Source: Catajapyx aquilonaris (taxonomy: Eukaryota). Taken from it: a stretch of 64,000 bases of DNA. The notes under the pieces are model-generated. The model saw only the letters and a program-made list of their open reading frames with translations, was not told where the DNA came from and did no database searches. Shown here piece by piece: positions 26,706 to 40,539 of the stretch; within the stretch, counting starts at the first letter, position 1, and every line of letters begins with the position of its first letter. The stretch is taken from contig KZ538106.1 of assembly GCA_000934665.2 (NCBI GenBank), positions 1 through 64,000 on the forward strand. Direction: 5' to 3'. Position numbers and translations under genes: made by a program.

Positions 26706-28474
26706 GAAAATCGCACAAACTGCATCCACCCTTGTTGGCAGCAAAATTCATTGTGATATTGCATTTCAAGAGTACTTCCAGAATCGTATGCCGTCCACTG
26801 GTTTTGTTTTGAATTCTTCACGAGTGTTTATTCAATAAACTCGGTTTTATAGTTTTTTGTTTCTGCACATTTCATTGAAGTTTTTGCAGCGATAAGGACC
26901 AAAGTAATGGTAAGCCATAAAACAGCTCCGTGTCATTGTTCTTATCCTTTACACACAACTCGCATATTCTGTGAATGTCCTGATACTAAGCACGTAGGCC
27001 CCATTGCCTGAAACCTGGCCAGCAATAATCGTCCTTACAGTTAGAGTAATTGCCCAGTGCAAGCTACAAAAACGTATGAATTCTCCCCTGGAGCTGCTGA
27101 CCTTACCTGTCTGTCTGATGCACCTGCCTGACGTCACCAAAACTATGCAAGTATACCAACTGGTGACTATCAAATAGACTACTCTTTGTGGGTAAGTGAT
27201 CTGACATGTACAGATGCTCCTGCAGAGGCCTGCATGTGTTCAGTGGTTAGAGATTTTCTCCGCTGTTGACATTTTCACAGAACAATGCCGCGTAGATAAA
27301 AGAGACATACTATAGTTTGTGAGTGATACCGTCGCATCATTCTGGGCCTGGAGGCTTGACGGGTAAGCAATACTGTTAATCCTCTTCTCGCTAAGGTTTG
27401 GAGAAAATTTATTAACTCTTTAGATTTTTATGTCCATTTATGTTATCATTGACGTAGACTGTTTGAATACCTCAAAATCGTCTTATTAGGGTTAACAACC
27501 AAAAGCGAACTTGTCCGAGTTGTGCCTACTTTCCTGGGGTATCCCCGCAGGACATTGGTGTATTCAAGGACCCAGTCATTGCCCAATCATTGCAACACAT
27601 TTTATTATTGAACGTATAAGCAAATACTGAAGTAATTTTCTGAGGATTTTGATAACAAAATGTTATCACTAGACCCACTTCAGAGTAAAAAACCGATTTT
27701 GACCTGTAACACGCTAATCATACAATTTCCAGTAATATGTTAGGAATGAAAATGACAAGTGACATTAAAGACATCGGTTAAACCAAACTTGTTTTTGAAA
27801 AATGTCATGTCTGGTCAAGAGTAAAAATGGAGGCTAAAAAGCCAATATAAATGCGACCTCGAAAATTACAAAAAAAAAAAATCAAAAAAAAGAAATAAAT
27901 ATTTCCTTATCATTACAACATTAGTGCATGTGACGTTTCTTTTTGGCCTTTATGTTTTCCCATTGACAAAAGGCTGGCCCCACACAATTACGTGTAACCT
28001 GCTGAGAAGAATACTAAATCACTCAGTATTAGGTCAAGGATGAATGTTATTCTGCCCATCAATGTACGTACAGGCAAGCAGCAGCACCTGTGCTAGGGCA
28101 TAATGACCTACTCTGATTATGTTGTGGATGCCTCAAGTTGCTGTCTGTATCAAGCGTTTGTTTCTCCGTCATTAGGATCTGGTATTGTTTGGTTTTTTCC
28201 CCGGCGCACTTCCTTTCGCGGTAAAAGCTATACGTACACGGTGACGCCCGTTGCACAGCAGTTGAGGGCCAATCTAATTCGTCCCGCTTTTCCCTACAAT
28301 TGCTTTCTCTTTGGTCAAGCACGCCATTCGCAAAACTTGACCGTGCCCACGCTAACACCAGAAAGTGCACAACATTTTCAGTGCAAAATTTGTTTGATTT
28401 TTTTTGCACGCATTTGTTATAGAGCGATGGTAATGTGATGCTGTTGCAGTGAGGGGACACATCTCGGCATAGCG

Positions 28475-31400
28475 ATGGAGAATCGGGGCTTTGAATGTTC
28501 GGGTAAGTGTATGACACTTTTGTATTGTATGTAGTCTGCTGTCACGCATGTGGAACAGAATTTATAATGAGGGGTATTCGCCTACTGCAATATTGTGAGT
28601 TGTCCTTGAATATCTTCTCATTTCCAGTTTTGTGCTTTTTCACTTTCGGGCCTATTACGATTACGATAAAAATGTATGAAATTTACAGTACAGCCTGTCT
28701 GTAGCTTTACCTTGATGTAGCGAAAATTTGACGACTCCGGATTTTTTGCGGTTGTAGGAATTTTGTTGGAGGACTTTGGGGAAACTCGTCAATGCGCCTT
28801 AAATTATTTTCCAATGTTAGTACAGTAAAGTATTGTCCGATATAATATTGGATACGTGTCGGTTAAGGAAATGTTTCGCTCATAGTTTCATATATTGTAT
28901 CAGGTTACTGCACCCTTCGCATACACTGAGAGGTGATAATACACACTATCTACAGTAGCGTATGTTGTTATATGCCATGTCTCCAGGTCTTGCTTAGGAA
29001 TATAAAATCCTTCCAATTTGCCAGCTTTATTTACTGAATCGAAGGCCGTAATATAAAAACATCTTATTGCACTGTTTTATGGTGTGTTAAATACATTGTA
29101 TTGCATTTTAATTACTTTATAAGCTGAGTGTGAGTATGTACAAAATGATTAACTAAGAAAATTGCACCTGTCATATCTTTTTGGCGGGAAGTAATGTCTT
29201 ATCGGCACCGGGCCATGCATTTGGCGGGTTCATGATGCAATCTGTATTTACTATGTAGTAGGCCTACGCAATTCCTGCTGGCGGTTGACTTTACGCAAGA
29301 GATAGCTTGGCGATAGCGGCTGCAGAATAAGCTTCAGGAATGATTGAGCGCAGCTGTCATTGCTTTAAAAAGCTTCAGTAATCCCCTAATCATTTCTAAA
29401 ATTACATACCTTCGCCAACACTGTAATGATAAATAATTAAACGCAGGGAGAAATTAATTATGCGCGGAGATCAGCATCTTGTACACTCCTGTAACGCATG
29501 GATCTGCTGAGTAATGGGAGTTGCATAAGGAATAAACGCTATCACAGGTCACGTCCACATTTTTAAACCAATAATAACAACGTGATTAAGAGAAACTATT
29601 TTGCATTATTTTGGCTGCTTAACATAATAAGGTATTTTGAAACCTTCGAGAATGCTTGCTGAGTATGCATAAGAATGTCCTAATTGAAATGTCACCAACG
29701 TCTTAAACATAAAACACTGCAATGTTTAAAATTGCTAATCAAAAGTACACGACTGACTGAAAACTTCGCTTAAACCAAGAATTCGACCCCTGGTTCACCC
29801 TTTGAATAGTCATGTGTACGTAATGAGAAAGCCTTCATAAATTATATTCTCTCTTGGCTTTTACTCTTCTTTAGCAGGCCTTTTGCATAACTATATCCAC
29901 TTATATTCTCTAATAACGACCAGCTGTTCCTCGTTTCAGGCGAAGCAGAAACTACCCGACACCTGAATAGTTCTAAAGTGAATGGAAAGCAAAAAAACAT
30001 TCCTGATACAAATGGAACAACAGAAGCAAGAGATAAAAACGACAATGTCGTCCAGCTTAAAAAAGAGCTAGGGCTTTTCAGCGGAATTGCTCTGATAGTT
30101 GGGAGTATGATTGGTATGTCTAAGCAACATTACTTGACCCCCCATTTTCCTCTCCGTAATTCCCAACACCCAGAATGTGTTTTCCCTCTTGTTTTTATAG
30201 GTTCTGGAATATTCGTCTCTCCAGCAGATCTTTTGAGCCAAACAAATTCCGTTGGCCTGTCTCTGGTTATCTGGGCGGCATGTGGAGTATTATCAGCATT
30301 AGGTAAATACTGCTGCTAAATCTGGTTTTCGTATTATAACTAGTGCACGTTCTTTCAGGTGCGATAGCCTATATCGAGTTGGGCACAGTGGTTGAATCAT
30401 CAGGAGCTGAATATGCATATCTGTTGGCAGCCCTTGGCCCCATCCCAGCCTTTCTCTTCGCGTGGGTATGCACCCTCATCCTGAAGCCAGCCCTGGTTGC
30501 TGTCATATGCCTGGCTTTTGCGGAGTATGTGGTCAACTCAGTCACAGGAGACGAGGCACCTTATTACGCAGTCAGGCTGGTTACAGCAGCCACCATATGT
30601 AAGGATGGTCAATTAAACTACAGGAAGTTTAGTAATCCTGAAAATGTTTGTGCATATTTCTGCAGTGTTAATAGCCTTCATCAACTGCGTGAGTGTCAGC
30701 CTGGCTGCTAAAGTGCAGAATCTGACCACAGTAGCCAAGCTGGTGGCCATTGGCATCATCGTGGGTTGTGGGTTCTACCAGTTGGCGCAAGGAAACACGG
30801 AGCATTTGAGCAGGGGGTTCGAAGGAAGTACCACGTCTCCTGGAGTCATTGCCACGGCCTTCTACAGCGGCCTCTGGGCCTACGATGGATGGTCAGTATT
30901 GAATGAATGACCAAAATTACTGTAGAGTGTTACATCATTCCAATGCACTCATTTTGTTTGTCGTTCTTACAGGAACAGCTTGAACTTTGTCACAGAGGAG
31001 ATTAAAAATCCGTATAGGTAAGTGGGTGTCTGGAGTTTGGCGCCAAGTTTGCACTGCACTCAAACAAACAAAGAATAGTATTTACGAATCGCGTAAAGCA
31101 AACATTATTGACATGATTGTGTTATTATGTTTTCCAATAAATGTGTGGCAACGAATGCTAACGGCGACGTTCTAGACATTTCCAAAAATGTAACGCCTAT
31201 ACTTGAAATGTCAGTTCAGCCGGCCTTGACTCTCTTAATTTCTCACTTTAGGCTATATCAAATATTTAAAACCTCCGTAAAATCACTTAATTGCAGGAAC
31301 CTACCGCTGGCCATATTAATTGCGCTTCCTCTAGTCACCGTCTGCTACTTGTTAGTCAACATTGCCTACCTCACCGTTTTGTCTCCTGAAGAAATGATCG

Positions 31401-32447
31401 CATCTCGTGCTGTGGCTTACGTGAGTAATCATCTCTGCTACACACTTGATATCAAGTTAGATAACCAGCCGGTATAACCAGCAGCTGAATCGATCTGAAA
31501 TAATAAATCTCAAAATGAAAAAAAAAAAACTATATTGTATCATAACATCGACCAACTGTATCAATTCTCAGGATTTTGGAAATCGAATTCTGGGTCCAGC
31601 TGCATTTCTGATGCCTCTGGCAGTGGCTTTGTCTACATTTGGTGCTGCAAATGGAGCTCTTTTCGCCTCGGGAAGGTAAATTAAAATTCCTTACAACACA
31701 CAAATATTTAAAAATTATAGGGTACCACACGTACCATTATTACGTGGGAAATTATTATCCTTGCAGGGTACCCTACGCAGCCAGCAAAGAAGGCCACTTG
31801 ATGCAGTTCCTTTCGTATATTGATATCAAGAGGTTGACGCCTTCTCCAAGCATCATTACCAATGTAAGTTTAATGACATCGACCCTTTTGTTGCTGACTC
31901 TAATGATCTGTTCTTATATTTCAGACTTTAGTGTCTCTTATCATGGTGATTCCTGGGGATATCTCATCATTGATTAACTTATTCAACTTCACTGCTTGGA
32001 TGGTTTATGGTGCAGCAATGGTGTCACTCATTATTCTGAGGTACAAAAGGAAAGATGCCTTTAGACCTTTCAAGGTGCGTAACAACGAAAGCGAATTCCC
32101 CGGATCCAGCTGAATCCAACTATTTGTATTGCAGGTCCCTATTGTCATTCCAGTAGCAGTTTTTCTAATATCAATATATCTGGTGCTGGCACCAATAATT
32201 GACGACCCTAGGATTGAATACCTCTACGTCGTTGGATTCATTTTACTAGGAGCTGTTTTCTACTTAATATTTGTTCATTTCAAGTTTTCCCTACCAGGAG
32301 TTGGTACGTATGTTTTAAAATATGTCACCTAAAGTTACATACAACATAGCAAGAGCTAAATTTCTTTTTCTTCCAGATACCTTCACAAAAGTTGTACAGC
32401 TTGCATTGAACGTCGTTCCTCCGAAATCAGAAGATCAAATTATGTAG
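28475..32447 (+). CDS. SLC7 L-type amino acid transporter light chain, b(0,+)AT/SLC7A9-like; paralog A, 12 exons, ~509 aa
   Basis: Exons 28475-28502, 29940-30113, 30201-30302, 30359-30598, 30666-30891, 30973-31017, 31297-31420, 31572-31675, 31767-31863, 31925-32074, 32135-32303, 32377-32447 join in frame (1530 nt). Motifs [47 protein letters not shown] at 32740. Confidence 0.95.
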
Positions 32448-33433
32448 ACTTTTCATTCAAAGCCTGCATACTACAGTACTGCACATACAGTACAGAAAGT
32501 ATTTCACTGATGCTTGAATGAAGGCAGGCGCAACCAAGCGGGCACCATTGAAACCTGGGGGGATTGTCCACTAGACCCACCAGATGGGGGTCGATATCAA
32601 TAGCACTTACAGACAACAGTGTTGCAAATATTTGCAACATGTGCCGAGGGATGTTCAAATAAAGCCCGGAATCACGTTCGTCGGACTGGTGTAAATAGTG
32701 CGAAGTGCGAACTATCAAGTGCTACTTAAACCACCTGTAAATAAAATGTGTTATGTTTGTTACAACTGCTTACTGTTTCATTACAGCAAGGATTATTATA
32801 AATCTGTCTCTCTGCTACATTTAGCTTTTAATTTATTACTTTTTTAGATAAAAAGAGGATCATGTTTTAGTGAGGGAAAGTGCCAGTAACACTCTGGGCT
32901 ATATAACAGTGACAGAAATAATAAATCTCAAGTTCTGGTCAATATTATAACTCTTGCTTATTGGGATATAGCCTAATAGCCATGCGTCCTATTTATGGAC
33001 GATAAGCAGACTAATGTGGATGCTAATGACCCCTGAGTTGCACGCTATTGACAAGTGAATCATGCTTCTTAAGACTCAAATACTTCACAAAAATGATTAG
33101 CAGATATCTGATCAACGTGCACAGAGTGATTGACCAGATACAGATCCAATAGCGATTTTCGACCAATCAGCTGACCGCTGTCACATTTTCCTTTAAAAAA
33201 AAGTGCCGAAAGGAGGTACAATATCTGCTTGCCCTGCTGACCTTCCAATTTTATCTTGTGGCACCTTGCCCACTCAGCCTTGTTTTCAAGAGGAAGAATA
33301 GAAAGAAGCAGGTAGGCCTACAGTTCACACCAGAAAACCTGCGCAACGCATGAGATCTTCCATCACATTGGTGTGGATGAGCCATTAGATAACTCCCTCA
33401 CTGTATACCTTTTAAAGTTAACGCCTTCATAGT

Positions 33434-36400
33434 ATGAACCCCTCGGAACACCTAGGTATGTATGCACCCAATTTTTTAAGTAATATTTTTTGCGAGCATG
33501 TCTGTACGGTCAGTTGTGAACTTACAAATGACCCTGGTAGGCAAATACGATTGCGATTACGGGGCTTGGGGTCAAAAACCACTTCTGTCCACTTCTTATT
33601 TGATTGACCCTGGTCTTCTGTGGCAAAAAAAATGGAATCAATTCGATTAAAAAGCCGTTTGGAGGGCCAGGCTTCTCATTGACGGATAAGAGTGACAGCT
33701 GGCAAGTAACTGGTATTCCGGATTAACTTCGTGTTACTCATTTCTGTGTCCTATGCTTGTGACACACACGGGCTTTTTTCGGCTAATACCATCCTGGTAT
33801 TAGCCTCTCTGTACACATCAGTTGCTTTGCATTATTGCGAAGGTGAGCGAAGGTATTAGTATGGTTGAGATATCCATGGGCGAGAGGCAGAATCTGTTAG
33901 GCAGCTCACGTCGCAAGAATGGAGTCAGGATATACACTAAAGGTGAGTGCAATTCGCGCAAAGACACGTGCGATGGAGCCGGTGGTTTCATTCAAAAACG
34001 TGTAATTAGTGTGCTCGGCATGGGTGACGAAGGGTCTTCGTGTGCATGTCTGATAGACTCTAATCTATAGCCAAGGCCGGAGTTCCCCAGCTTGTTTGAT
34101 AATGTAGTTCAAAAATCCACTCACAACCGCCTTCGGTTAGTTTGACGACTCTGTGATACAATGAATACCATGCATATGGGCAGTGCATGTGCTTTATACG
34201 TCTTGGGCACATGGTTTAATCATGTGGAGGATTGGCGTAATAATATGTAGGCCAAGATGTAGGCTACTGTGCTGCCTGGTTCATACGCCTTCTAAACAAA
34301 CCAAGCTGTCCCGTGTATTATGATATCACCTTTTTATGAAACACATGCTTGTATAATATGACCTTGCTTTGACACAATATCAAGATGATGGGCAATACAA
34401 ACGGCATTAGTAACGTGACACTGAAGTCATAATTAGATATTGAGCAACTTCATTTTGGTACCTACTCATTTGCTGTTCATGTATTTTGTGGGGGCACTAA
34501 TTTAATATATGAACAGTCATTCAGAGATGTACTATATCAAAAAAGGTTTCGGCCAGTCTTAAGGCCTGTTTCCACCGGCATAGTTTTTGAGCACAAAAAG
34601 AAAGGCACAAAAATGGAACACAAAATCAAACAGTTTGGAATTATTCCAAAGTACAAAATTTTAAACTTTTCACAAAATAATTGTGTCAGGCACAAAATGG
34701 AAATACGAGATGGTCAACCGTGGTGGACTTATAGGAATTATTGTCTAGTGATAATTCAAGCACAATTGACGGGTAAATTAAGCTAAACGATTTTAGGACG
34801 GGGGTTCAGTTTAAATAAAATACATTCGGAACTTTGGGTGCTCCCTTCCGAGCGCTCATTTTTGTTTCTTTTTGTGAAAAGAACAAAAATTGTCCTGGTT
34901 GGAACAGGTGTTCATTTGTGCTGCACGAAAATCTTCAAGGAAACAAAATTATTCTGGCATAAATTATATCCGGAACAAAAACTATGCCGGGAAACAGGCC
35001 TTTATCCTGTTTACATTAACCCATTACATTACATTAGAGATTAGACCAAGGTAAAGTCTGGGGAAAACCTACTGTAGCCTATTCTCCCGAGTGATGATGG
35101 TTGCGTATCTCCAGGATACGCTTGGCAGTAACTTTTATAACATAGGCTTACAGTAAATATTTGTGTAGTTAGATCTATCTGGCGTGGAAGGTCTAACACC
35201 CTCATTCCCTCATTACTTGTTTCATAATTCATGAATGGATTCACTGCAGCGTGTCAAAAAATAATTAGCGAGGTTTTCCATAATGAAACTTCGTTCACTA
35301 ATATATTGTAAACATCGTAACAAACTGACGCAGGCATCCGCAGAAGAACAACATAAACGCATAATTATAATTTCAGATGCAGAGTCAAGTATCTCCACAA
35401 TCACTGAGGTTCATGGCAAGAAGAAATCCGAAAAAAACACTCCCGTGGCCCTCAGGAGGCAGGTGGGCCTCTTCAGCGGGGTGGCCATCACCTTGGGAAC
35501 CATCATCGGTATGGCAATAATTCTCTCAATAATCCTCAAAGCTTGTTACTCTTCTACTTTGTATATCCGGTGGCAGGATCCGGCATCTTCGTATCTCCGT
35601 CCAATGTCCTGGTCAGAAGCGGTTCAGTCGGCGCCTGCTTGGTCATCTGGCTCGCATGTGGCCTTATCTCGCTCGTATGTAAGTCTGCTCCTGGCTCACG
35701 CACCCACCCACCCCCAATGCATCCAGTCAATGTGGTACTGGCACAAATGTGCATCTGGACCTAACTGATGGCCTCCACTCCACTGCGCAAACAATCGGCT
35801 TGAAAAATTCCGATTAAAAGACGATTATAAATCATTTTGAAAAGTTCCAAATTTTAACAACTCACTAGCCGTTTTTGTTGCTGACATTAAAAGTCACAGT
35901 TGTTGTAAAGATGACGTCAGTATCCAAGTTACAATGCTGCAATTTATGAAGCGTCGCATACCGTACAAAAGTATACGGATCGAAAGAAGTTACGTGATCT
36001 AGGCCACTTGTGTTGCTCTCTGTCACGCGCCATCTCTGGTCGAGTGAGTCAACACCGACCGGGTTGTGTCATAGCACATTGACGCAAAAACCCCTTTTGA
36101 AGTCCTATAGATCCTTACGAATGCGGAAATGCGGGGGGGATATTTTCAGCTGCGATGGCGTTCGCTGAATTGGGCACCCTGATCCCTCGTTCCGGAGGGG
36201 ACTACACCTATCTCCTGGCTGGGTTCGGGGATCTGCACCCCAAGTGGGGGCCTCTCCCTGCATTCCTGTACGCCTGGTGCAATCTCCTGGTCTTCCGGCC
36301 AGTTGCACAAGCCATAGTTTGCCTCAGTTTCTCACAGTACGTCACAGCATCATTCATCCAGGGGAAGGATCCCACTTGGATCCTCTGGGGACAAAAGATG

Positions 36401-38951
36401 CTGGCAGTATTCGCCATGTGTGAGCCACCTTTTGCATTCGCAGCATACCATGATGGCATTACAGAGGTATTTTTACATTTCAGGGACTATCACGCTCATC
36501 AACGGAACTAGCGTGAAGTTGGCCACCCGTCTGCAGGATGTCATTATGGTGGCCAAACTAGGGGCTATAGCTGTTATTGTGGTGATGGGATTGTATAAAA
36601 TAGGGGAAGGGAGCACACAGTATTTGGAGACTGGGTTCCAGGGAGACATATCGGCCGGAAACATCGCTATTGCCTGCTATCAAGGTCTATGGGCCTACGA
36701 CGGATGGTGAGAAATTTTTTTGTTTTCTCTATAGGAGGTGGTCCCAATTTTGCAGTCAAGTTGTGATCAATTGTTGGCATTGCAGAGCCATATAGCAATG
36801 GGGTGGAAGGGAAGTCGACAAAACATTTTACACGTCCCGTTTCTTCCTTAGGAATATGATCAACTACGTGACGGAAGAACTGAAAAATCCGCAAAGGTCG
36901 AGTATTGCTTATGTACATGGTTCAGGTGTCACTTTTTTCTGTCTCTATTTACACATAACCCCATGACCCCATCTTATCAGCAGTCTCAAAACCCCATTCA
37001 TAATATCATATCAGGCTATTTTTACATGCACATTTCTGTATTTTTACACCCGCTGCACTCCCTCGCAATATGACGCTATTGCACTCTATCTATATCTGTA
37101 AACATGCGTAATGATTTTTGCCAACAGGAATCTTCCTATGGTTTTGGGGCTGTCAATGTTGGCAGTCACCCTTTCATTTGTTCTCATAAATGTGGCTTAC
37201 CTGGCAGTACTGTCGCCTCAGGAAATGGCCGACAGTCATCAAGCAGTGGCCGAGGTGACCCTCTTTGCTTACATACACATTTGGAATAACTCGCCATGTG
37301 TCACTCATAATTTGCTTTGATTTCGAGTACAGGCATTTGCAGAGAAAGTTATGGGAAAGGCCAGTTTCCTTATGCCAGTGGCTGTTGCCATCGTTACTTT
37401 TGGGTGCGCCTTGTCTGGCCAGTTTGCCGGAGCCAGGTAACCTCATTAATTTTACACGTGGAAAATAATAATTTTAAAAGCCATACTTGAACGCAAATGT
37501 GAGCTCCCCGCAGGCATAATTGAATTTCAGTTACAACATTGCATCCTGGCGCACTTAAGGCGGACTCTTCCATGCAAAATGTAATAAATCAGCAGTGATG
37601 TTACATTTCCTGGGACAGTTTATTAGTAGGGAGATCCGGGGAGATCATCTTTGCGTTCATGTAAACATAGTGCATGAAACGACATGAAACTTTCTTTGAC
37701 GACATTGTCCGGCTAATAATTGTTTGTTGGCAAAAATTGACAGGTTGAATTACGTGGTGAGCCGAGAAGGCCACCTGGTAGAATTCCTCTCATTCATCCA
37801 TGTGAAAAGACTGACGCCGCTTCCGGCCATATTGTTCGCAGTAAGTCTCTCCTATATACTCTGCATAATTTATTAATCATTACCGGGCCTGCAGGCTACT
37901 TTAAATGGGATGATCCAAAGTCCCTGTTCGTTTAATTTAGCTATTCCGGCAGTAATCCGTTAATTTTTTGTTTCTGAACAGACACTTTAATTGGATATCA
38001 AAATATGACCTGCCAGTATAATATAAAATGAAATCGTTTACTTTAGGCAAGAGGCGATGATTTGTTAAGCCAATAATAAGCGTGCAAATATTTCGTTTCA
38101 GTGCTCCGTCAACACTATATTTATTGCAGTAGGAAACATTACTTCCCTGATAGATTTCTTCGGATTCACAGTCTGGATCTTTTATGCCGGGTGCATGGTG
38201 GCATTGTTGGTGATGCGAGTCACCAAGAAAAACTGCCACCGTACATATAAGGTGAGATCAGCTGAAATATTCTCATAGTGAAGCAAGTTCCTGATTCCAT
38301 TTGTGTGTAGGTGAACATACTGGTGCCCTTCACGGTGATTCTCATCGCCATATTCCTGGTCCTCGTCCCTCTCGTCACTCAGCCAAAGATGGAGTATCTC
38401 TACACTGTGGTGTTCATTTTAATAGGTACTGTCGTGTACAACGTGTTCATTCTCAAGGAAAAACGCTTCAAGTGGACTGGTAAGTTGGTGTCATCATGGC
38501 TCCAAGCAGTCAAAGGTGTTCTTTCTCCATATGTCGAGCCCTGATAATACTGTAGTCGTGCCGAAGAGGGCTTCTAGCACATTTTTTGGTCTGGCAAAAA
38601 CTGAGATAACAGCTGCAACAGTGGCTCTGAGTTTCTTGTTAATTCACACGTGTTATAGGAAAGTTACAAAACTTTTGCCTAACTTTGTAAACATCGACAA
38701 TGGGAGAGAAGCTGTTTCGTGTTATGGTGTTATTGATCCAACCAGAGAGTGGTACTGACGTCACAAGCATCTAATTATCAGTGTCGTTAATGATACTGTC
38801 ACTGTTGCCCATTGTGACATCACTACTATGCTCTTGCTGAAGTAGGAGATAGTAGCCTACCTAAATGTTTTTCTTTTCAGAATCAATTACGCACATATCT
38901 CAAAAGCTCCTGCTAGTCATCGCTAGCGAAAAGGCTGTGGAAGAAGAATGA
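33434..38951 (+). CDS. SLC7 light chain, b(0,+)AT-like; divergent paralog B, 12 exons, ~503 aa, first coding exon uncertain
   Basis: First exon is either 33434-33455 or 33876-33942. Then 35377-35508, 35577-35678, 36150-36419, 36484-36706, 36852-36896, 37128-37254, 37333-37436, 37744-37840, 38102-38251, 38311-38479, 38881-38951. Motifs [53 protein letters not shown] at 38964. Confidence 0.93.
34562..35001. mobile_element. PIF/Harbinger-type MITE in intron 1 of SLC7 paralog B, TTA TSD
   Basis: TIRs AGGCCTGTTTCC(AC)CGGCATAGTTTTTG / CAAAAACTATGCCGGGAAACAGGCCT. TTA at 34559-34561 and 35002-35004. Internal repeated CACAAAA motifs. Confidence 0.85.
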
Positions 38952-40539
38952 CATAAGTGGAATAATAAACACATAATTCATGTCGCAGTTAACTCTCTCT
39001 TTACCCGTCGCTTTTTACAACTGTTTCTTCCTTATCTCCAACCCTTTTTAGCACCTACGCCGGTAGCAAAACGACGTAGTTGTTGACGTCAATAACGTCG
39101 ATCTGGAGGGAGCGTGGGTGGCATATTGGCGAGTTACTATTCCCTGTGACTCCCTAAAAGTTGGGTATGTCATTGCTCATACAGTATAGCCTACAATTTA
39201 CTTCACGAGAATCAATATCATCCTGTAAATCTGAATTAGCCCGGCACACTTGGGAGGCGGCCTGGAAATAACCCACACATTTCAGGCCATAGTTTGACGT
39301 TCATCTCAAAATATTATTTAACCCAAAGAAAAATTGCAAAGTTGCGACGAAATGGCACCAAACTAACTTATAAATAGATTAAGAGACGAATAAATTTTAA
39401 ATGCAGAATAACGGTATGCAGGCTCATTCCTGACTTAATCGTAGGCTCGATAAATTCTGTGATTTTTAAAGCGATAAATTCCTGATTACGTCACAAGTGG
39501 AAAATATAGCATATTACCTCTATGATGCTGCCAAACAGCAGGCCTTGTTGACAATGCACAGTTGCACACCCACACATTGAAGCGGTTTTCTATTTTCTCA
39601 AAATAAGCTGCGCAAAATTTAAGTCGGCCTGTAGGTCGTAAACAAATGCAAACTGACATGAAGGTGCACTTGAATGTTTTTATGTTGCAACGACCGTTGC
39701 AGTGTGAACAGGAGAAATATATTTTTATATTGTTAAAAGAAACTATCTTTCTGTTGTTTCAAGAGAGTCAATAACTATACATTAAATATGCCGCTATACA
39801 AATACAATATTATTGTTGTTAACATAATTGGTGTGGATAATAGAAATAAAACGTATGGATAGTCATATGCATTGCAATTAGTAACAATAATAACTGTGCG
39901 CCTTTGATCTTAAAATGCTTCGCTTCTCTGAACTTGTTATATATTATGTCAACTCTTTGTTGCTTTAACGAATTGCGGTCTGCACGCCTGATGCCTTTCA
40001 ATCAGGTCAAGTATAGACAAACATGAAGCAACGCGACTCATTTGCCCATTGTTTTCATTTCCATGCTGAATATCGATTCATTACTTGCCCGACTTGCAAT
40101 TTATGCAAGTGCGGGGATCACCCATCGGATAAATACTACGTAAACAAGCGCCCATGAAGTATCTCATGGATTTTTTAAAAAGTGCACTTTGGACGAATAA
40201 ATGATGCGAAATTCAGTTTATGCTTTTTAAAGTGGTTTGTTTAAAACTGTAAGTGGAATTTCCAACATTCTTTGTAGGCAAAAAGGTTGAAGCAGAAAGA
40301 GTCGATATGTTATGTATGTTCTTCCATCTCTGTCAATATTACCACAACCTTATCTGCTATAGTGAATGTGAATCGCCAAAATCGGTGAAACACGTGGTGA
40401 CAAAAGGTAGGGCGAAAAAATAATGTCTCTGATGTGACCCCACCCTTTGATGAAAAGCTAGACGTTAGTGGCGCCCATTGTGACCTACAAGTTCGTCTGG
40501 TGTGGGCTGGAAATATTTTCATCCTGCCTTCCAGTAGTG

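Noticed and set aside
40468..40539. ORF-track start of the IR at 40468
   Set aside because: It is a GTG codon. The first ATG is at 40540, directly after an acceptor-like site.
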